Assembly: GCA_031362565.1 (NCBI GenBank)
Contig: JANLSU010000048.1
Location: forward strand, 8,696 to 72,695
Source of the DNA: a bacterium
Lineage (GTDB): Bacteria > Krumholzibacteriota > Krumholzibacteriia > G020349025
Length of the DNA stretch: 64,000 bases
Direction: 5' to 3'
The notes below the pieces were generated by a model, which was not told the origin of the DNA, did not search any database, and worked only from the letters and a program-made list of their open reading frames with translations. The translations under genes were made by a program, and so were the position numbers. Of the stretch, positions 20,425-29,861 are shown one piece after another. Position 1 is the stretch's first letter. Each line of letters opens with the position of its first letter.

Positions 20425-21822
20425 ATGGCGGACTTGCGCGTGCATTTCGCCGGCATCGAGTCCCCCAATCCGTTCTGGCTCGCCTCGGGGCCGCCCACCA
20501 ATTCGGGCGATCAAGTGCGCCGGGCCTTCGATCTGGGATGGGGCGGCGCGGTGTGGAAAACGGTCGGCGAGCCCATCGTCAACGTTTGCTCCCGTTACTC
20601 GTCGGTCGACTTCGGCGGCCAGCGCATGATGGGCCTCAACAACATCGAACTCATCAGCGACCGGCCGATCGTCGAGAACCTGCGCGAGATCGCCGCCGTC
20701 AAGAAACAGTATCCGCGCCACACCGTCATCGTCTCGCTGATGGTGGAATCGACCCGCGAAGCGTGGCACGACATCGTCAAGCGCGCCGAAGACACCGGTG
20801 CCGACGGGCTCGAGCTCAACTTCGGATGTCCGCATGGCATGAGCGAGCGCGGGATGGGCGCCGCAGTCGGCCAAGTGCCGGACTACACCTGCCAAATCGT
20901 CGAGTGGGTCAAGGAAGTGGCGCGCACGCCGGTCATCGTCAAGCTGACGCCGAACGTGACCGATGTGCGGTATATCGGCCGCGCCGCCGTCAAAGCCGGC
21001 GCCGATGCCGTGTCGCTCATCAACACCATCAACAGCATCACCGGCATCGATCTCGAGGACTTCGTGCCGCGGCCGCGGGTCGGCACATTGTCGTCGCACG
21101 GCGGCTACTGCGGCCCGGCGGTCAAACCCATCGCTTTGAACCTGGTGTCGCAGATCGGCACCGACGCCGATTGCCGGCGCATCCCGATGTCGGGGATCGG
21201 TGGCGTGACGTCATGGACCGATGCGGCCGAGTTCATCGCCCTCGGTTGTTCTACGGTGCAGGTTTGCACCGCCGCCATGCACTACGGATTCCGCATCGTC
21301 GAGGACCTGGTGGACGGCCTCTCGGGGTGGATGGATGAACGCGGCTACGAGACGATCGAAGACTTCCGGGGCCGGGCGCTGCCGCACGTCAGCGATTGGG
21401 GCCATCTCGATCTCAACTATAAGATCGTGGCGCATATCGACACCGCCAAATGCATCGGCTGCCAACTGTGCTACGTCGCCTGTCAAGACACTGCACATCA
21501 GTGCATCTACGTGGGCGATGCGCTGGAAACGAACGGCACGCCGCGGGCGCCCAAGGGCGCCTCGGCAAGCGCCGGCCATGCACCGGCTTTCGTGCCCGAG
21601 GCGTTCCGGGTGCGCGGTGAACCGATGCGCGCGCCGGTCACCGGGCACGGCGTTTTGGGGCCGGAGAACCTCGCGGCGCGCATCCCATGGGTCAAGGAAG
21701 ACGACTGCGTCGGTTGCAACCTGTGCATGTTGGTGTGTCCGGTACCCGAGTGCATCACCATGGTCGAGCTCGACACCGGCCGTAAACCCGAGAGCTGGAA
21801 CGAACGCCAGCGCCGCAAGTAA
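20425..21822 (+). CDS. preA: NAD-dependent dihydropyrimidine dehydrogenase subunit PreA
   Basis: NPFWLASGPPT, LNNIELISDR and ELNFGCPHGMSERGMG motifs; two C-terminal 4Fe-4S motifs. Confidence 0.93.
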   Translation: MADLRVHFAGIESPNPFWLASGPPTNSGDQVRRAFDLGWGGAVWKTVGEPIVNVCSRYSSVDFGGQRMMGLNNIELISDRPIVENLREIAAVKKQYPRHTVIVSLMVESTREAWHDIVKRAEDTGADGLELNFGCPHGMSERGMGAAVGQVPDYTCQIVEWVKEVARTPVIVKLTPNVTDVRYIGRAAVKAGADAVSLINTINSITGIDLEDFVPRPRVGTLSSHGGYCGPAVKPIALNLVSQIGTDADCRRIPMSGIGGVTSWTDAAEFIALGCSTVQVCTAAMHYGFRIVEDLVDGLSGWMDERGYETIEDFRGRALPHVSDWGHLDLNYKIVAHIDTAKCIGCQLCYVACQDTAHQCIYVGDALETNGTPRAPKGASASAGHAPAFVPEAFRVRGEPMRAPVTGHGVLGPENLAARIPWVKEDDCVGCNLCMLVCPVPECITMVELDTGRKPESWNERQRRK

Positions 21823-22154
21823 TGCAACCGGACGTCCTCGACACGACGGCGATCGAATGGCGCAACTTCGCGGACGCTCCCGGCGTGCGCTACAAAGTGC
21901 TGCGGCATCACGCCGGCCGCACCGGCATCACGTTGCTGTTGGAATTCGCGCCCGGTGCGTCCTATCCGGTACACCGGCATCCCGGCGGCGAGGAATACTA
22001 CGTGCTGCAGGGCGTGCTCCAGGATGGGCGGCGCGAATACGGCGCCCACACTTTCGTTTGGCATCCCCCCGGTTCGGTGCACCGGCCGGCGAGCCGCTCC
22101 GGATGTACGCTCCTCATCACCTTGCCGGCGCACATCGAGCGGCTCGATGACTGA
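21822..22154 (+). CDS. ChrR-like cupin domain protein
   Basis: HRHPGGEEYYVLQG and PPGSVH motifs; TAATG coupling to preA. Confidence 0.85.
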   Translation: MQPDVLDTTAIEWRNFADAPGVRYKVLRHHAGRTGITLLLEFAPGASYPVHRHPGGEEYYVLQGVLQDGRREYGAHTFVWHPPGSVHRPASRSGCTLLITLPAHIERLDD

Positions 22155-23214
22155 CGCTCCCGCGGCGCGCTACGACATCGGCGCATTGTTGCCGGGCGTC
22201 GGGGTATTCGGCGGCGTGCGCCGTTTCCTCGCCTTGGGGAACGAACTCGTGTCGCGCGGCCATCGCTTCACGCTCTACCACCCGGCCGGTGAGCCGCCCA
22301 CCTGGATGCCGTTTACGGGCCTGACCCGCCCACTCGCCGGGCTCGATGCCGGGCGCCACGACGTCCTCCTCTGCGGCGAGCCGACACTTCTGCCGTTGTT
22401 CGAGGCGGCGAGCGCCCGTCTCAAGCTCTTCTATTGTGTGCTCGAGAAACTGCCCGGCGAGCGGCACATCGTGCGGCATCCCGGCTGGGTCGTGGTCGCG
22501 AATTCGACGGGCATCCGCGACCGGCTCTGGCGGCGCTACCGGGTACGGGCCGAGCCCGCCATCGGCGGCGTCGATCTGGCGCTGTTCCACCCCATGGGCC
22601 CCTGGCCACCCGCCCGCCGCGAGCCGTTTCGCGTTCTGGCGTACGGGCGCTTCTCCCGGGCCCGCAAGGGCTCGGCCCTCGTCCTGCGCGCCGCCGAGGC
22701 ACTCGCGGCCGGGCTTGCGGCGGCGCGACCGCGGCGGGAACCCGCGAACGTCCAACCCGTGCAACTCGTCCTCTTCGACCACGTGGGCCCGGGCAACGAA
22801 CAAGACCCGCGCTCCAACCTGGCGGCGCGGCTGCCGGTCGAATTCCACCTCAACCTGGCCCAGCCGGACTTGGCGGCGCTGTACTCGAGCTGCGACGTCT
22901 TCGTCAGCGCCGAGCGGCGGGCCGGTTGGAACAACACGGTCGCCGAAGCCATGGCCTGCGGCCTGCCGGTCGTCTGCACCGCGAGCGGCACGCGCGACTT
23001 GGCGCGGCACCACTCGACCGCTTGGCTGGTGCGCTGGCGGCACCCTTTCTTTCTCAGCCGCGGCCTGGCGGCGCTCGAGCGCGACCCGGCGCTTCGCGAC
23101 CGCCTGCGAGCCGGGGCGCTGGAGCGGGTTCGGGGCTACGGCTGGCCGGCGGTGGCGGATCAGATCGAGGCGGTGATCGCCCGTCGCCTCGACCGGCAGT
23201 CGCCGCGGTCTTGA
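22147..23214 (+). CDS. Glycosyltransferase family 4
   Basis: FGGVR N-terminal motif; YSSCDVFV and AEAMACGLPVV. Confidence 0.88.
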   Translation: MTDAPAARYDIGALLPGVGVFGGVRRFLALGNELVSRGHRFTLYHPAGEPPTWMPFTGLTRPLAGLDAGRHDVLLCGEPTLLPLFEAASARLKLFYCVLEKLPGERHIVRHPGWVVVANSTGIRDRLWRRYRVRAEPAIGGVDLALFHPMGPWPPARREPFRVLAYGRFSRARKGSALVLRAAEALAAGLAAARPRREPANVQPVQLVLFDHVGPGNEQDPRSNLAARLPVEFHLNLAQPDLAALYSSCDVFVSAERRAGWNNTVAEAMACGLPVVCTASGTRDLARHHSTAWLVRWRHPFFLSRGLAALERDPALRDRLRAGALERVRGYGWPAVADQIEAVIARRLDRQSPRS

Positions 23215-23274
23215 ATCCGGGGCCGGCGGGCCGCCGCCACGACGACGCGGACGTGCGCAACTGCTTTGCACCCT

Positions 23275-23304
23275 TTGACTTTCAGTCGCGACTCGCGATA
23301 CCAT
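23275..23304 (+). promoter_or_regulatory. Sigma70-like promoter of unit A1-B1
   Basis: TTGACT-N18-TACCAT. Confidence 0.6.
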
Positions 23305-23570
23305 GGGGGCACTGCTGGTCGCCCTGCGGGTCCATTCTGCCGTGGATCGGATTCGCGCCCCTCTCGCTCCAGTGTTGCACGCGGAGCAGCGAGGTTCGAA
23401 GGCAGCGGAGGAAGAGCAGCCGACGCGGTTTGGAAACGAACGCGCGTCGAATGAGATCACAGCTGTGGTGCTGATCGTTTGCACCCGACGTTGCGTTGTA
23501 TCCACGCTGTGCCCGTCGTATCTGCGCCCACCTACGCGCGGATTCGGCTCGCAAGGGGGAAACCGATCCG

Positions 23571-24239
23571 ATGAAGAGAGTGTCGTTGCTCACCACGGCC
23601 GCCATGCTCCTGCTCGCGGGAAGCGCTGCGGCCCAGAACGCTCTGATCGACTATCAGGGCTACTCCTACGAGACCGGTGGATTTCCGGTCAGCAATCCCG
23701 GCGACGTTTTGTCGATCGTCGGGGTCGTCGACAATCTCGATGCACGCTTCGGCGTGAATCTGGCCGTTGACGAAGTAACTCTGTACGTCACGAATCTCGT
23801 TTCGACGGGCCAGGTCGACCAGGGCGGCGGAGTCCTCTCCATCGCCTACGGCGGCGGCTCCATCGATCTGTACCGCGACCCGAGCCGTGATCACGATTAC
23901 GGCATCTCGCCGCCCAACGCGACCGCACCGTCGACGTTCACGAACGGCGCATTGTTCCTGGGCGGAACGCTCAACAGTTTCTTCATGTTCTACGATTCCG
24001 CGACCGGCAGCGGGGCGTACGAAGGCAATGCGTCCTTCACGGCAGGAAGCGGTTTGGTGACGCTGAACCAGTTGAATGCGGCAGGATACACATTTGGTGG
24101 AACCCTCGGTTCCGCAGCATCCGGTGGCAACGTTCCGGCGGGTTACGACCTGCAGGTCGACGGCGTCATCGAAGTCGAAGTCATCGTCGGCGTCGAGCAG
24201 AAGAGCTGGGGCGCCGTGAAGGACCTGTACCGCCGCTGA
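23571..24239 (+). CDS. Secreted protein A1 with 'SWGAVKDLYRR' tail
   Basis: AAGGGGG RBS; signal peptide; paralog of 25371-26039. Confidence 0.85.
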   Translation: MKRVSLLTTAAMLLLAGSAAAQNALIDYQGYSYETGGFPVSNPGDVLSIVGVVDNLDARFGVNLAVDEVTLYVTNLVSTGQVDQGGGVLSIAYGGGSIDLYRDPSRDHDYGISPPNATAPSTFTNGALFLGGTLNSFFMFYDSATGSGAYEGNASFTAGSGLVTLNQLNAAGYTFGGTLGSAASGGNVPAGYDLQVDGVIEVEVIVGVEQKSWGAVKDLYRR

Positions 24240-24303
24240 TCGCGGTCGAACCCAATTTGTCGAACACACACATCGTAGGATGAGGTTCGTTCCGGAGGTT
24301 TTC

Positions 24304-24927
24304 ATGCACATCAAAGCGACTGCAGCTTCGCTGGCCGTGGTGGCGTTGCTGGCCAGCGCCGGTGCCGCGGTGGCGGATCCGCCCAACTTCGATTTCTTCG
24401 GCTACGCGCAGGTCCCGGCAGCGCCCGGGGGCGGACTCATCGTCCGCAGCGTGTTGACGAACAACGGGGTCGTCCCGACGCCCATCGTTCTCGACTTCAC
24501 CACCAAGCAGTACACACTGGTGATCACCGGCACGTTCGCAAGCGCCGCCGGCATCGCGCAGCAGTACAGCGGCGGTACGTTGTCGATCTACGAGGACGCG
24601 ATCGGCGGCGGAACGGCGGCAAACTATGCGAGCCCGGCGACCTTCACCGACGGCACGTTGATTCTGACCGGCGTCGTGGACGGCAACCTGACCCGCAACA
24701 CGTTCACGCCGACGCTCGGCAACTTCATTGCCAAGATCGACTTCACCGGCGGCACCCGCTTGGGGAGCCTGAGCACGCCCCAGGACTGGCCGTGCGGCGG
24801 CGGCTGGAGCCGGAGCGTTTCCGGGATCCCGGCCGGCTACCAAGAGAACTGGGACGGCAAGATCGACCTCGCGGTCGTTGGCGTCGAGAGCAAGAGCTGG
24901 GAAGGCGTCAAGGCCCTCTACCGCTGA
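24304..24927 (+). CDS. Secreted protein B1 with 'SWEGVKALYR' tail
   Basis: GGAGG RBS; signal peptide; paralog of 26088-26711. Confidence 0.85.
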   Translation: MHIKATAASLAVVALLASAGAAVADPPNFDFFGYAQVPAAPGGGLIVRSVLTNNGVVPTPIVLDFTTKQYTLVITGTFASAAGIAQQYSGGTLSIYEDAIGGGTAANYASPATFTDGTLILTGVVDGNLTRNTFTPTLGNFIAKIDFTGGTRLGSLSTPQDWPCGGGWSRSVSGIPAGYQENWDGKIDLAVVGVESKSWEGVKALYR

Positions 24928-24952
24928 TCTCGAGCCCCGATCCGCTGCACAC

Positions 24953-24992
24953 TCGGCCCGGCTTCCTCCTGGAGGCCGGGCCGAATGCTTTT
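24953..24992 (+). terminator. Intrinsic terminator after A1-B1
   Basis: TCGGCCCGGCTTCC/GGAGGCCGGGCCGA stem followed by ATGCTTTT. Confidence 0.65.
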
Positions 24993-25081
24993 GGGGCCGG
25001 TTTGCCCCCTCACCCAGGGACCGGCGGCGCCTGGAACCGAATAAGATTCGGAACGAGCGCGACTTGTCGCCAAGCAGCGGT

Positions 25082-25111
25082 TTGACTTTCCAGGCTCCGG
25101 CCTGATAGGAT
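25082..25111 (+). promoter_or_regulatory. Sigma70-like promoter of unit A2-B2
   Basis: TTGACT-N18-TAGGAT, at the position equivalent to the A1 promoter. Confidence 0.6.
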
Positions 25112-25370
25112 GGCCGCGATCCGTACAGCAGCCCTCGGAGCGATTCACGTTCTCTGCACGTTGATCGTTTTGGGAAAAGCCGCCGGAGTCATCTTTCGAA
25201 CTGCTGGCATCACGATTCATGCATGCACCAGCTCGCGGTTCGGTTGCCGTCCGAGTGTTCAGCGACACGCGATGGAGTCCGTCTCCTCTGCACTTGTGGT
25301 TCGACATCTGCGCCGTCACCGTTGACGCGAATCGCGCGACAGCGTGACCTCGTAGGGAGGGAAGCCTCGG

Positions 25371-26039
25371 ATGAAAAAAACCAACTTCATGATCGCCGCG
25401 ATGGCGCTTTTGGTGAGCAGCGCCGCTCACGCGAACGTTGCCATCATCGACTACCAAGGCTACGCGTGGGAAACGGGCGGCTTGCCGCTCAGTAATCCCG
25501 GCGATGTGCTCTCGGTTGTGGGCGTCGTCGACGCGCTCGACGCCAGCTTCGGCGTCAACCTGTTGATCGACGAAGTCACGGTCTACGCCTCGGGTCTCGT
25601 GTCGACCGGCCAAATCGACCTGGGCGGTGGGGTGCTTTCCGTGTCGTACACCGGCGGCACGCTCGAGCTCTGGCGCGATCCAAGCCGCGACCACGACTAC
25701 GGTGTGTCGCCGCCGAACACCACCGCACCGCCGACGTTCGTAAACGGCGGGCTCTTCTTGGGCGGCACGTTCCAGAATTTCTTCCTGTTCCTCGACACGT
25801 CCACCGGGACCGGCGCTTTCCAGGGCGACGTCGCCTTCACGGCCGGCAGTGGAATCGCGGCGCTGAGCGCCCTGCAGCCCAACGGGTTCACGTTCGGAGG
25901 AACCTTGAATTCGGCGGCGTCCGGCGGCAACGTGCCGGCGGGATACGACATGCAAGTCGACGGAACGCTGCAAGTAGAAATCGTCACGGGCGTCGAGGAC
26001 AAGAGCTGGGGCGCCGTGAAGGAAATGTACAGACGGTAA
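25371..26039 (+). CDS. Secreted protein A2 with 'SWGAVKEMYRR' tail
   Basis: Signal peptide; IDYQGY.ETGG, SRDHDYG and SGGNVPAGYD blocks shared with A1. Confidence 0.85.
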   Translation: MKKTNFMIAAMALLVSSAAHANVAIIDYQGYAWETGGLPLSNPGDVLSVVGVVDALDASFGVNLLIDEVTVYASGLVSTGQIDLGGGVLSVSYTGGTLELWRDPSRDHDYGVSPPNTTAPPTFVNGGLFLGGTFQNFFLFLDTSTGTGAFQGDVAFTAGSGIAALSALQPNGFTFGGTLNSAASGGNVPAGYDMQVDGTLQVEIVTGVEDKSWGAVKEMYRR

Positions 26040-26087
26040 TCGGGCGACATCGCTTCAACCCTTGGCAACGCGGTCCCGGAGGTTCAA

Positions 26088-26711
26088 ATGAGAGTGAAAG
26101 TTCTCGCTGCTGCGCTGGCTCTGGGGGCGCTGGTGACCAGCCCAGTCGCCCGGGCGGCCGATCCGCCAAACTTCGACTTCAACGGCTACGCCCAGGTGTC
26201 GGACGTGCTCGCCAGCAGCCTGACCATGCGTAGCGTGCTCACGAACAACGGCGTCGTGCCGACGCCGATCGTGCTCGATTTCACGACCAAGCAGTACACG
26301 CTCGTCCTCACGGGGACGCTGAGCAGCATCGTGGGCATCGCGCGCAACTACTCGGCAGCGACGTGCGCGGTCTACGAAGATGCAATCGGCGGCGGCACCG
26401 CGGCGGACTACGCGAATCCCGCCACCTTCACCGACGGCACCGTGATTCTGTCGGGGAACTTCGATGGTTTCCTGGTGCGCAACCGGTTCACGGCGACGCT
26501 CGGCAATTTCATCGGCAAAGTTGATTTCAACGCCGGAACGCGCCTCGGGGACATGGTGACGGCACAGGACTGGCCGTGCGGCGGCGGTTGGAGCCGGACG
26601 GTGTCCGGGATCCCGGCCGGCTACCAGGAGAACTGGGACGGCAAGATCGACCTCGCACCGGTCGGAGTCAACAACCTGGGCTGGGACGGCGTGAAGCAGC
26701 TCTTCCGCTGA
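26088..26711 (+). CDS. Secreted protein B2 with 'GWDGVKQLFR' tail
   Basis: Signal peptide; ADPPNFDF and QDWPCGGGWSR..GIPAGYQENWDGKIDL blocks shared with B1. Confidence 0.85.
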   Translation: MRVKVLAAALALGALVTSPVARAADPPNFDFNGYAQVSDVLASSLTMRSVLTNNGVVPTPIVLDFTTKQYTLVLTGTLSSIVGIARNYSAATCAVYEDAIGGGTAADYANPATFTDGTVILSGNFDGFLVRNRFTATLGNFIGKVDFNAGTRLGDMVTAQDWPCGGGWSRTVSGIPAGYQENWDGKIDLAPVGVNNLGWDGVKQLFR

Positions 26712-26735
26712 GCCTTTGCAAAGAATCACCGCGGG

Positions 26736-26770
26736 AACGGCCTGGTCTTCGGACCGGGCCGTTTTCTTTC
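26736..26770 (+). terminator. Intrinsic terminator after A2-B2
   Basis: AACGGCCTGGTC-TTCG-GACCGGGCCGTT hairpin followed by TTCTTTC. Confidence 0.8.
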
Positions 26771-26774
26771 GGTG

Positions 26775-27686
26775 TCACACGAGGGCGAGGGCGGCAGCGA
26801 CCGCCACGTCGATGCGCGTCTGCTGCTCGGCAGGCACTTCTCCCAACGGCCGGCGCGCATGCCCGACCGGCAGGCCGCGCTTCCGAAGCGCGTACTTCAC
26901 GCCGGGCACCGCGTAGCCCTTCCAACTCGTGGCAACGTCCCGCAGTGCCGCCTGCAGGCCCGCGGCGCGAGCGCTATCTCCAGCCTTCCACGCCGCTTCG
27001 AGGCCGACGGCGACTTCGGGCACAACGTGCGCGACGGCCAGAATGGCGCCGCCGGCGCCCGCTTCGAAGGCTTCGACGACGCGTGCCCCGCTGCCGACGA
27101 AGCCGCACGTCCGGGTCTGAGCGAGTGTCGCCGCCAGCGGTCCACCGTCCCCGGAACTATCCTTGAAGCCCCAAATATTCGGATGCCGCAGGATTTCGAT
27201 CAACGTCGAAGCTGCCAGGTCGACACCGCTCATTTCGGGCATGTGATAGACGAAGACCGGCACCGGACTCGCGTCGGCAATCGCCATGTAGTGGCTGCGG
27301 AACGCCGCGTCGTCCATCCGCGCCCGGTAGGCGTGGGGCGTCAGAACCAGGACCGCATCGGCGCCGGCCGCCGCCAAGCGCCGTGTCAACGCGATGGTGC
27401 CGTGCGTCGAGGCGCGTCCGCTGCCCGCGAAAACCGGCACTCGCCCCTCGGCCGCCCGGTGTGCGGCCCGCACCAGCACCTCGGCTTCGTCGTCGCTGCA
27501 GTGCGCCGCTTCGCCGGTCGTGCCCAAGGCCAAGAATCCACTGACGCCGCGCTCGAGCAGCCACTCGACGTTGCCACCCAGCCATTCGGCTGCAAGTTGC
27601 TCGCCGTCGAACGGCGTCACGAGCGGCACCCAAATGCCGCGACATTGCTCCGGCTGCAACACGGCCTTCGCCTCCTTCAGGGGCAT
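26775..27686 (-). CDS. Dihydrodipicolinate synthase (DapA)-family aldolase
   Basis: LVTPF, LGTTGE, VYHMP and GFKDSSG motifs. Start is uncertain. Confidence 0.88.
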   Translation of the reverse strand: MPLKEAKAVLQPEQCRGIWVPLVTPFDGEQLAAEWLGGNVEWLLERGVSGFLALGTTGEAAHCSDDEAEVLVRAAHRAAEGRVPVFAGSGRASTHGTIALTRRLAAAGADAVLVLTPHAYRARMDDAAFRSHYMAIADASPVPVFVYHMPEMSGVDLAASTLIEILRHPNIWGFKDSSGDGGPLAATLAQTRTCGFVGSGARVVEAFEAGAGGAILAVAHVVPEVAVGLEAAWKAGDSARAAGLQAALRDVATSWKGYAVPGVKYALRKRGLPVGHARRPLGEVPAEQQTRIDVAVAAALALV

Positions 27687-27777
27687 GGCCCGGATACCGG
27701 GCCGAACCCGCACTTCATCCTGTAGACTCCGGACGCGAATTGCAACGCGCGGTTGAATCTTTCCAAGGGACGCTGCG

Positions 27778-28515
27778 ATGCACGGGGACCCAACCGACTC
27801 TCCCGCCGATGGACCGCGGCGTTTGGCGCGCGCCGAGGGCGTGCTGCTGGCGCGCACGCGCGGCTTCTGCGTGGTGCTCGAAGACGCGCATGATCCGCAC
27901 AACGTGAGCGCGGTGTTGCGGACGTGCGACGCGCTCGGCATCCAAGATATCCATCTGGTGGCGGAGAACGAATCCGAATCGATCCTGAATCCCAAGGTCA
28001 GCACCGGCGCGCATCGCTGGCTGACGGTGCACCGGCATCGCGGTGCCGCCGAAGCCATCACCGCGCTGCGCAAGGCCGGCTACGATATTTGCGTCAGCCA
28101 TCTGGGAGAGCAGGCCGTGCCGCTCGAGGCGCTGCCGGCGACACGCCGCGCCGCATATGTTTTCGGCAACGAAAAATCCGGTGTCACTAGGCGCTGGCTC
28201 GATGCCGCCGACGCAGTGTTTGTGATTCCCACCTCGGGTTTCAGCGGCAGCCTCAATCTCTCGGTCGCGGTCGCGCTCACGGTGTACGACCGGCGGTGCC
28301 AACGGGCGGCTGCCGGACTGCCGGTGGGCGATCTCGATGCGGCGGAACGCGCCGCGCTGCGCCACGCGTGGTATGCCGAACTGGCGCACGGCAGTGAAGA
28401 CCGGCGGCGCGAATACGCCGCCTATCTCGGCGCCGGTGTGAAGCCCAAGGTCATGCCGGCGGCCAATCGCTCGACTGCCGGGCCGGCGCCGGCGCCATCC
28501 GCGGACCGGCCGTGA
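27778..28515 (+). CDS. trmH: TrmH/SpoU-family tRNA/rRNA 2'-O-methyltransferase
   Basis: DPHNVSAVLRTCDALG, VFGNEKSG and SLNLSVA motifs. Confidence 0.85.
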   Translation: MHGDPTDSPADGPRRLARAEGVLLARTRGFCVVLEDAHDPHNVSAVLRTCDALGIQDIHLVAENESESILNPKVSTGAHRWLTVHRHRGAAEAITALRKAGYDICVSHLGEQAVPLEALPATRRAAYVFGNEKSGVTRRWLDAADAVFVIPTSGFSGSLNLSVAVALTVYDRRCQRAAAGLPVGDLDAAERAALRHAWYAELAHGSEDRRREYAAYLGAGVKPKVMPAANRSTAGPAPAPSADRP

Positions 28516-29861
28516 TCCGACGCGACGACGTACGCGAATCGTTGCGCCTCGCGCTGCCCGTGGTGCTGACGCAACTCGGTTCCATGGCCATGGGCACCGT
28601 CGATACGCTCATGGCGGGACGCCTGGGACCCGAGGCGATTTCCGCCGTCGGGCTCGGGAGCAGCATCGGCATCGCGCCGCTCATCGTCGGAATGGGCACC
28701 CTTATGGGGCTCGATCCGATCGTGTCGCAAGCCTTCGGCGCCGGTGATTTCCCGCGCTGCGGACGCGCGATGCGGCACGGCCTGTTGCTGGCATGCATCC
28801 TGAGCGTGCCGATCATGGCGGTGTTGTGGCAAGCGCGGTTCATCCTCACGCACTTGGGCGAACCACGTGAACTCGTCGACGCAACGGCGCCATTCCTCCG
28901 CGTTTGGAGTTTGGGCACCTTGCCGTTTTTGATGTTCGCCACGCTGCGCCAGTTTCTGCAGGGCGTCGGCGTCGTGAAGCCGGCGATGTGGATCGTGTTC
29001 GGCGCCAACGTCCTCAACTTTGCCGCCAACTGGGTGCTGATCTTCGGACATTGCGGCATGCCGGCGCTCGGCATCGTCGGGTCGGCGTGGGCGACCACCA
29101 TCAGCCGCATTGCGATGTGCGTGGCGCTCGCACTGTATGTCTTCCGAAGGCCGGTGCTGCACCAGTACGCGGTCTGGGCGGCGCGCGGCCGCATCGATCG
29201 GGCGCTCTTCAGCCGCCTGGTGCACTTGGGTGCCCCGGTGGGCCTGCAGTTCGGGATGGAAGTCGGCGTCTTTTCGGCCGCATCGGTCATGATGGGATGG
29301 CTGGGAACGGTGGCGCTCGCCGGCCATCAAATCGCCCTCAACCTGTGCAGCATCACGTTCATGGTGCCGCTCGGGTTGTCGACCACCGCGGCAGTCCGCG
29401 TCGGCCAGGCACTCGGGCGCGACGATGTGCATGCCGCGCGCCGCGCCGCCGTCGTGGCCTACGGGATGGGAATCGGCTTCATGTCGCTCTCGGCACTGAC
29501 GTTCGCATCCATCCCGCACCAGCTCGTCAGTTTGTATACCGGTGATCTGGCGGTGGCGGACATCGCGGCGCGCCTGCTGCTCGTGGGCGCCGTGTTCCAG
29601 GTCTTCGATGGCGGCCAGACGATCGGCATCGGAGCGCTGCGCGGTGCCGCCGATACACGCCTCCCGATGTTCGTGACGATCGTCGCGTACTGGGTGGTGG
29701 GCTTGCCACTCGGCTGGTGGCTCGCGTTTCGCGGCGGGCAAGGCCCGGCGGGGCTGTGGTGGGGTCTCACGGCCGGCCTGACGTGCGTGGCGTTAGTGCT
29801 CGGATGGCGCTTCTACGTGCGGGTGCGGCCCGAGCGTTTGGCCGAACTCAAGGCCCACTGA
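28512..29861 (+). CDS. MATE-family efflux transporter (NorM-like)
   Basis: About 12 TM segments; GTVDTLMAG, LAGHQIALN and GALRGAADT motifs. Confidence 0.93.
   Translation: MIRRDDVRESLRLALPVVLTQLGSMAMGTVDTLMAGRLGPEAISAVGLGSSIGIAPLIVGMGTLMGLDPIVSQAFGAGDFPRCGRAMRHGLLLACILSVPIMAVLWQARFILTHLGEPRELVDATAPFLRVWSLGTLPFLMFATLRQFLQGVGVVKPAMWIVFGANVLNFAANWVLIFGHCGMPALGIVGSAWATTISRIAMCVALALYVFRRPVLHQYAVWAARGRIDRALFSRLVHLGAPVGLQFGMEVGVFSAASVMMGWLGTVALAGHQIALNLCSITFMVPLGLSTTAAVRVGQALGRDDVHAARRAAVVAYGMGIGFMSLSALTFASIPHQLVSLYTGDLAVADIAARLLLVGAVFQVFDGGQTIGIGALRGAADTRLPMFVTIVAYWVVGLPLGWWLAFRGGQGPAGLWWGLTAGLTCVALVLGWRFYVRVRPERLAELKAH

Noticed and set aside
25204..25225. Sigma54 promoter upstream of A2
   Set aside because: TGGCATCACGATTCATGC does not have GG-N10-GC spacing.
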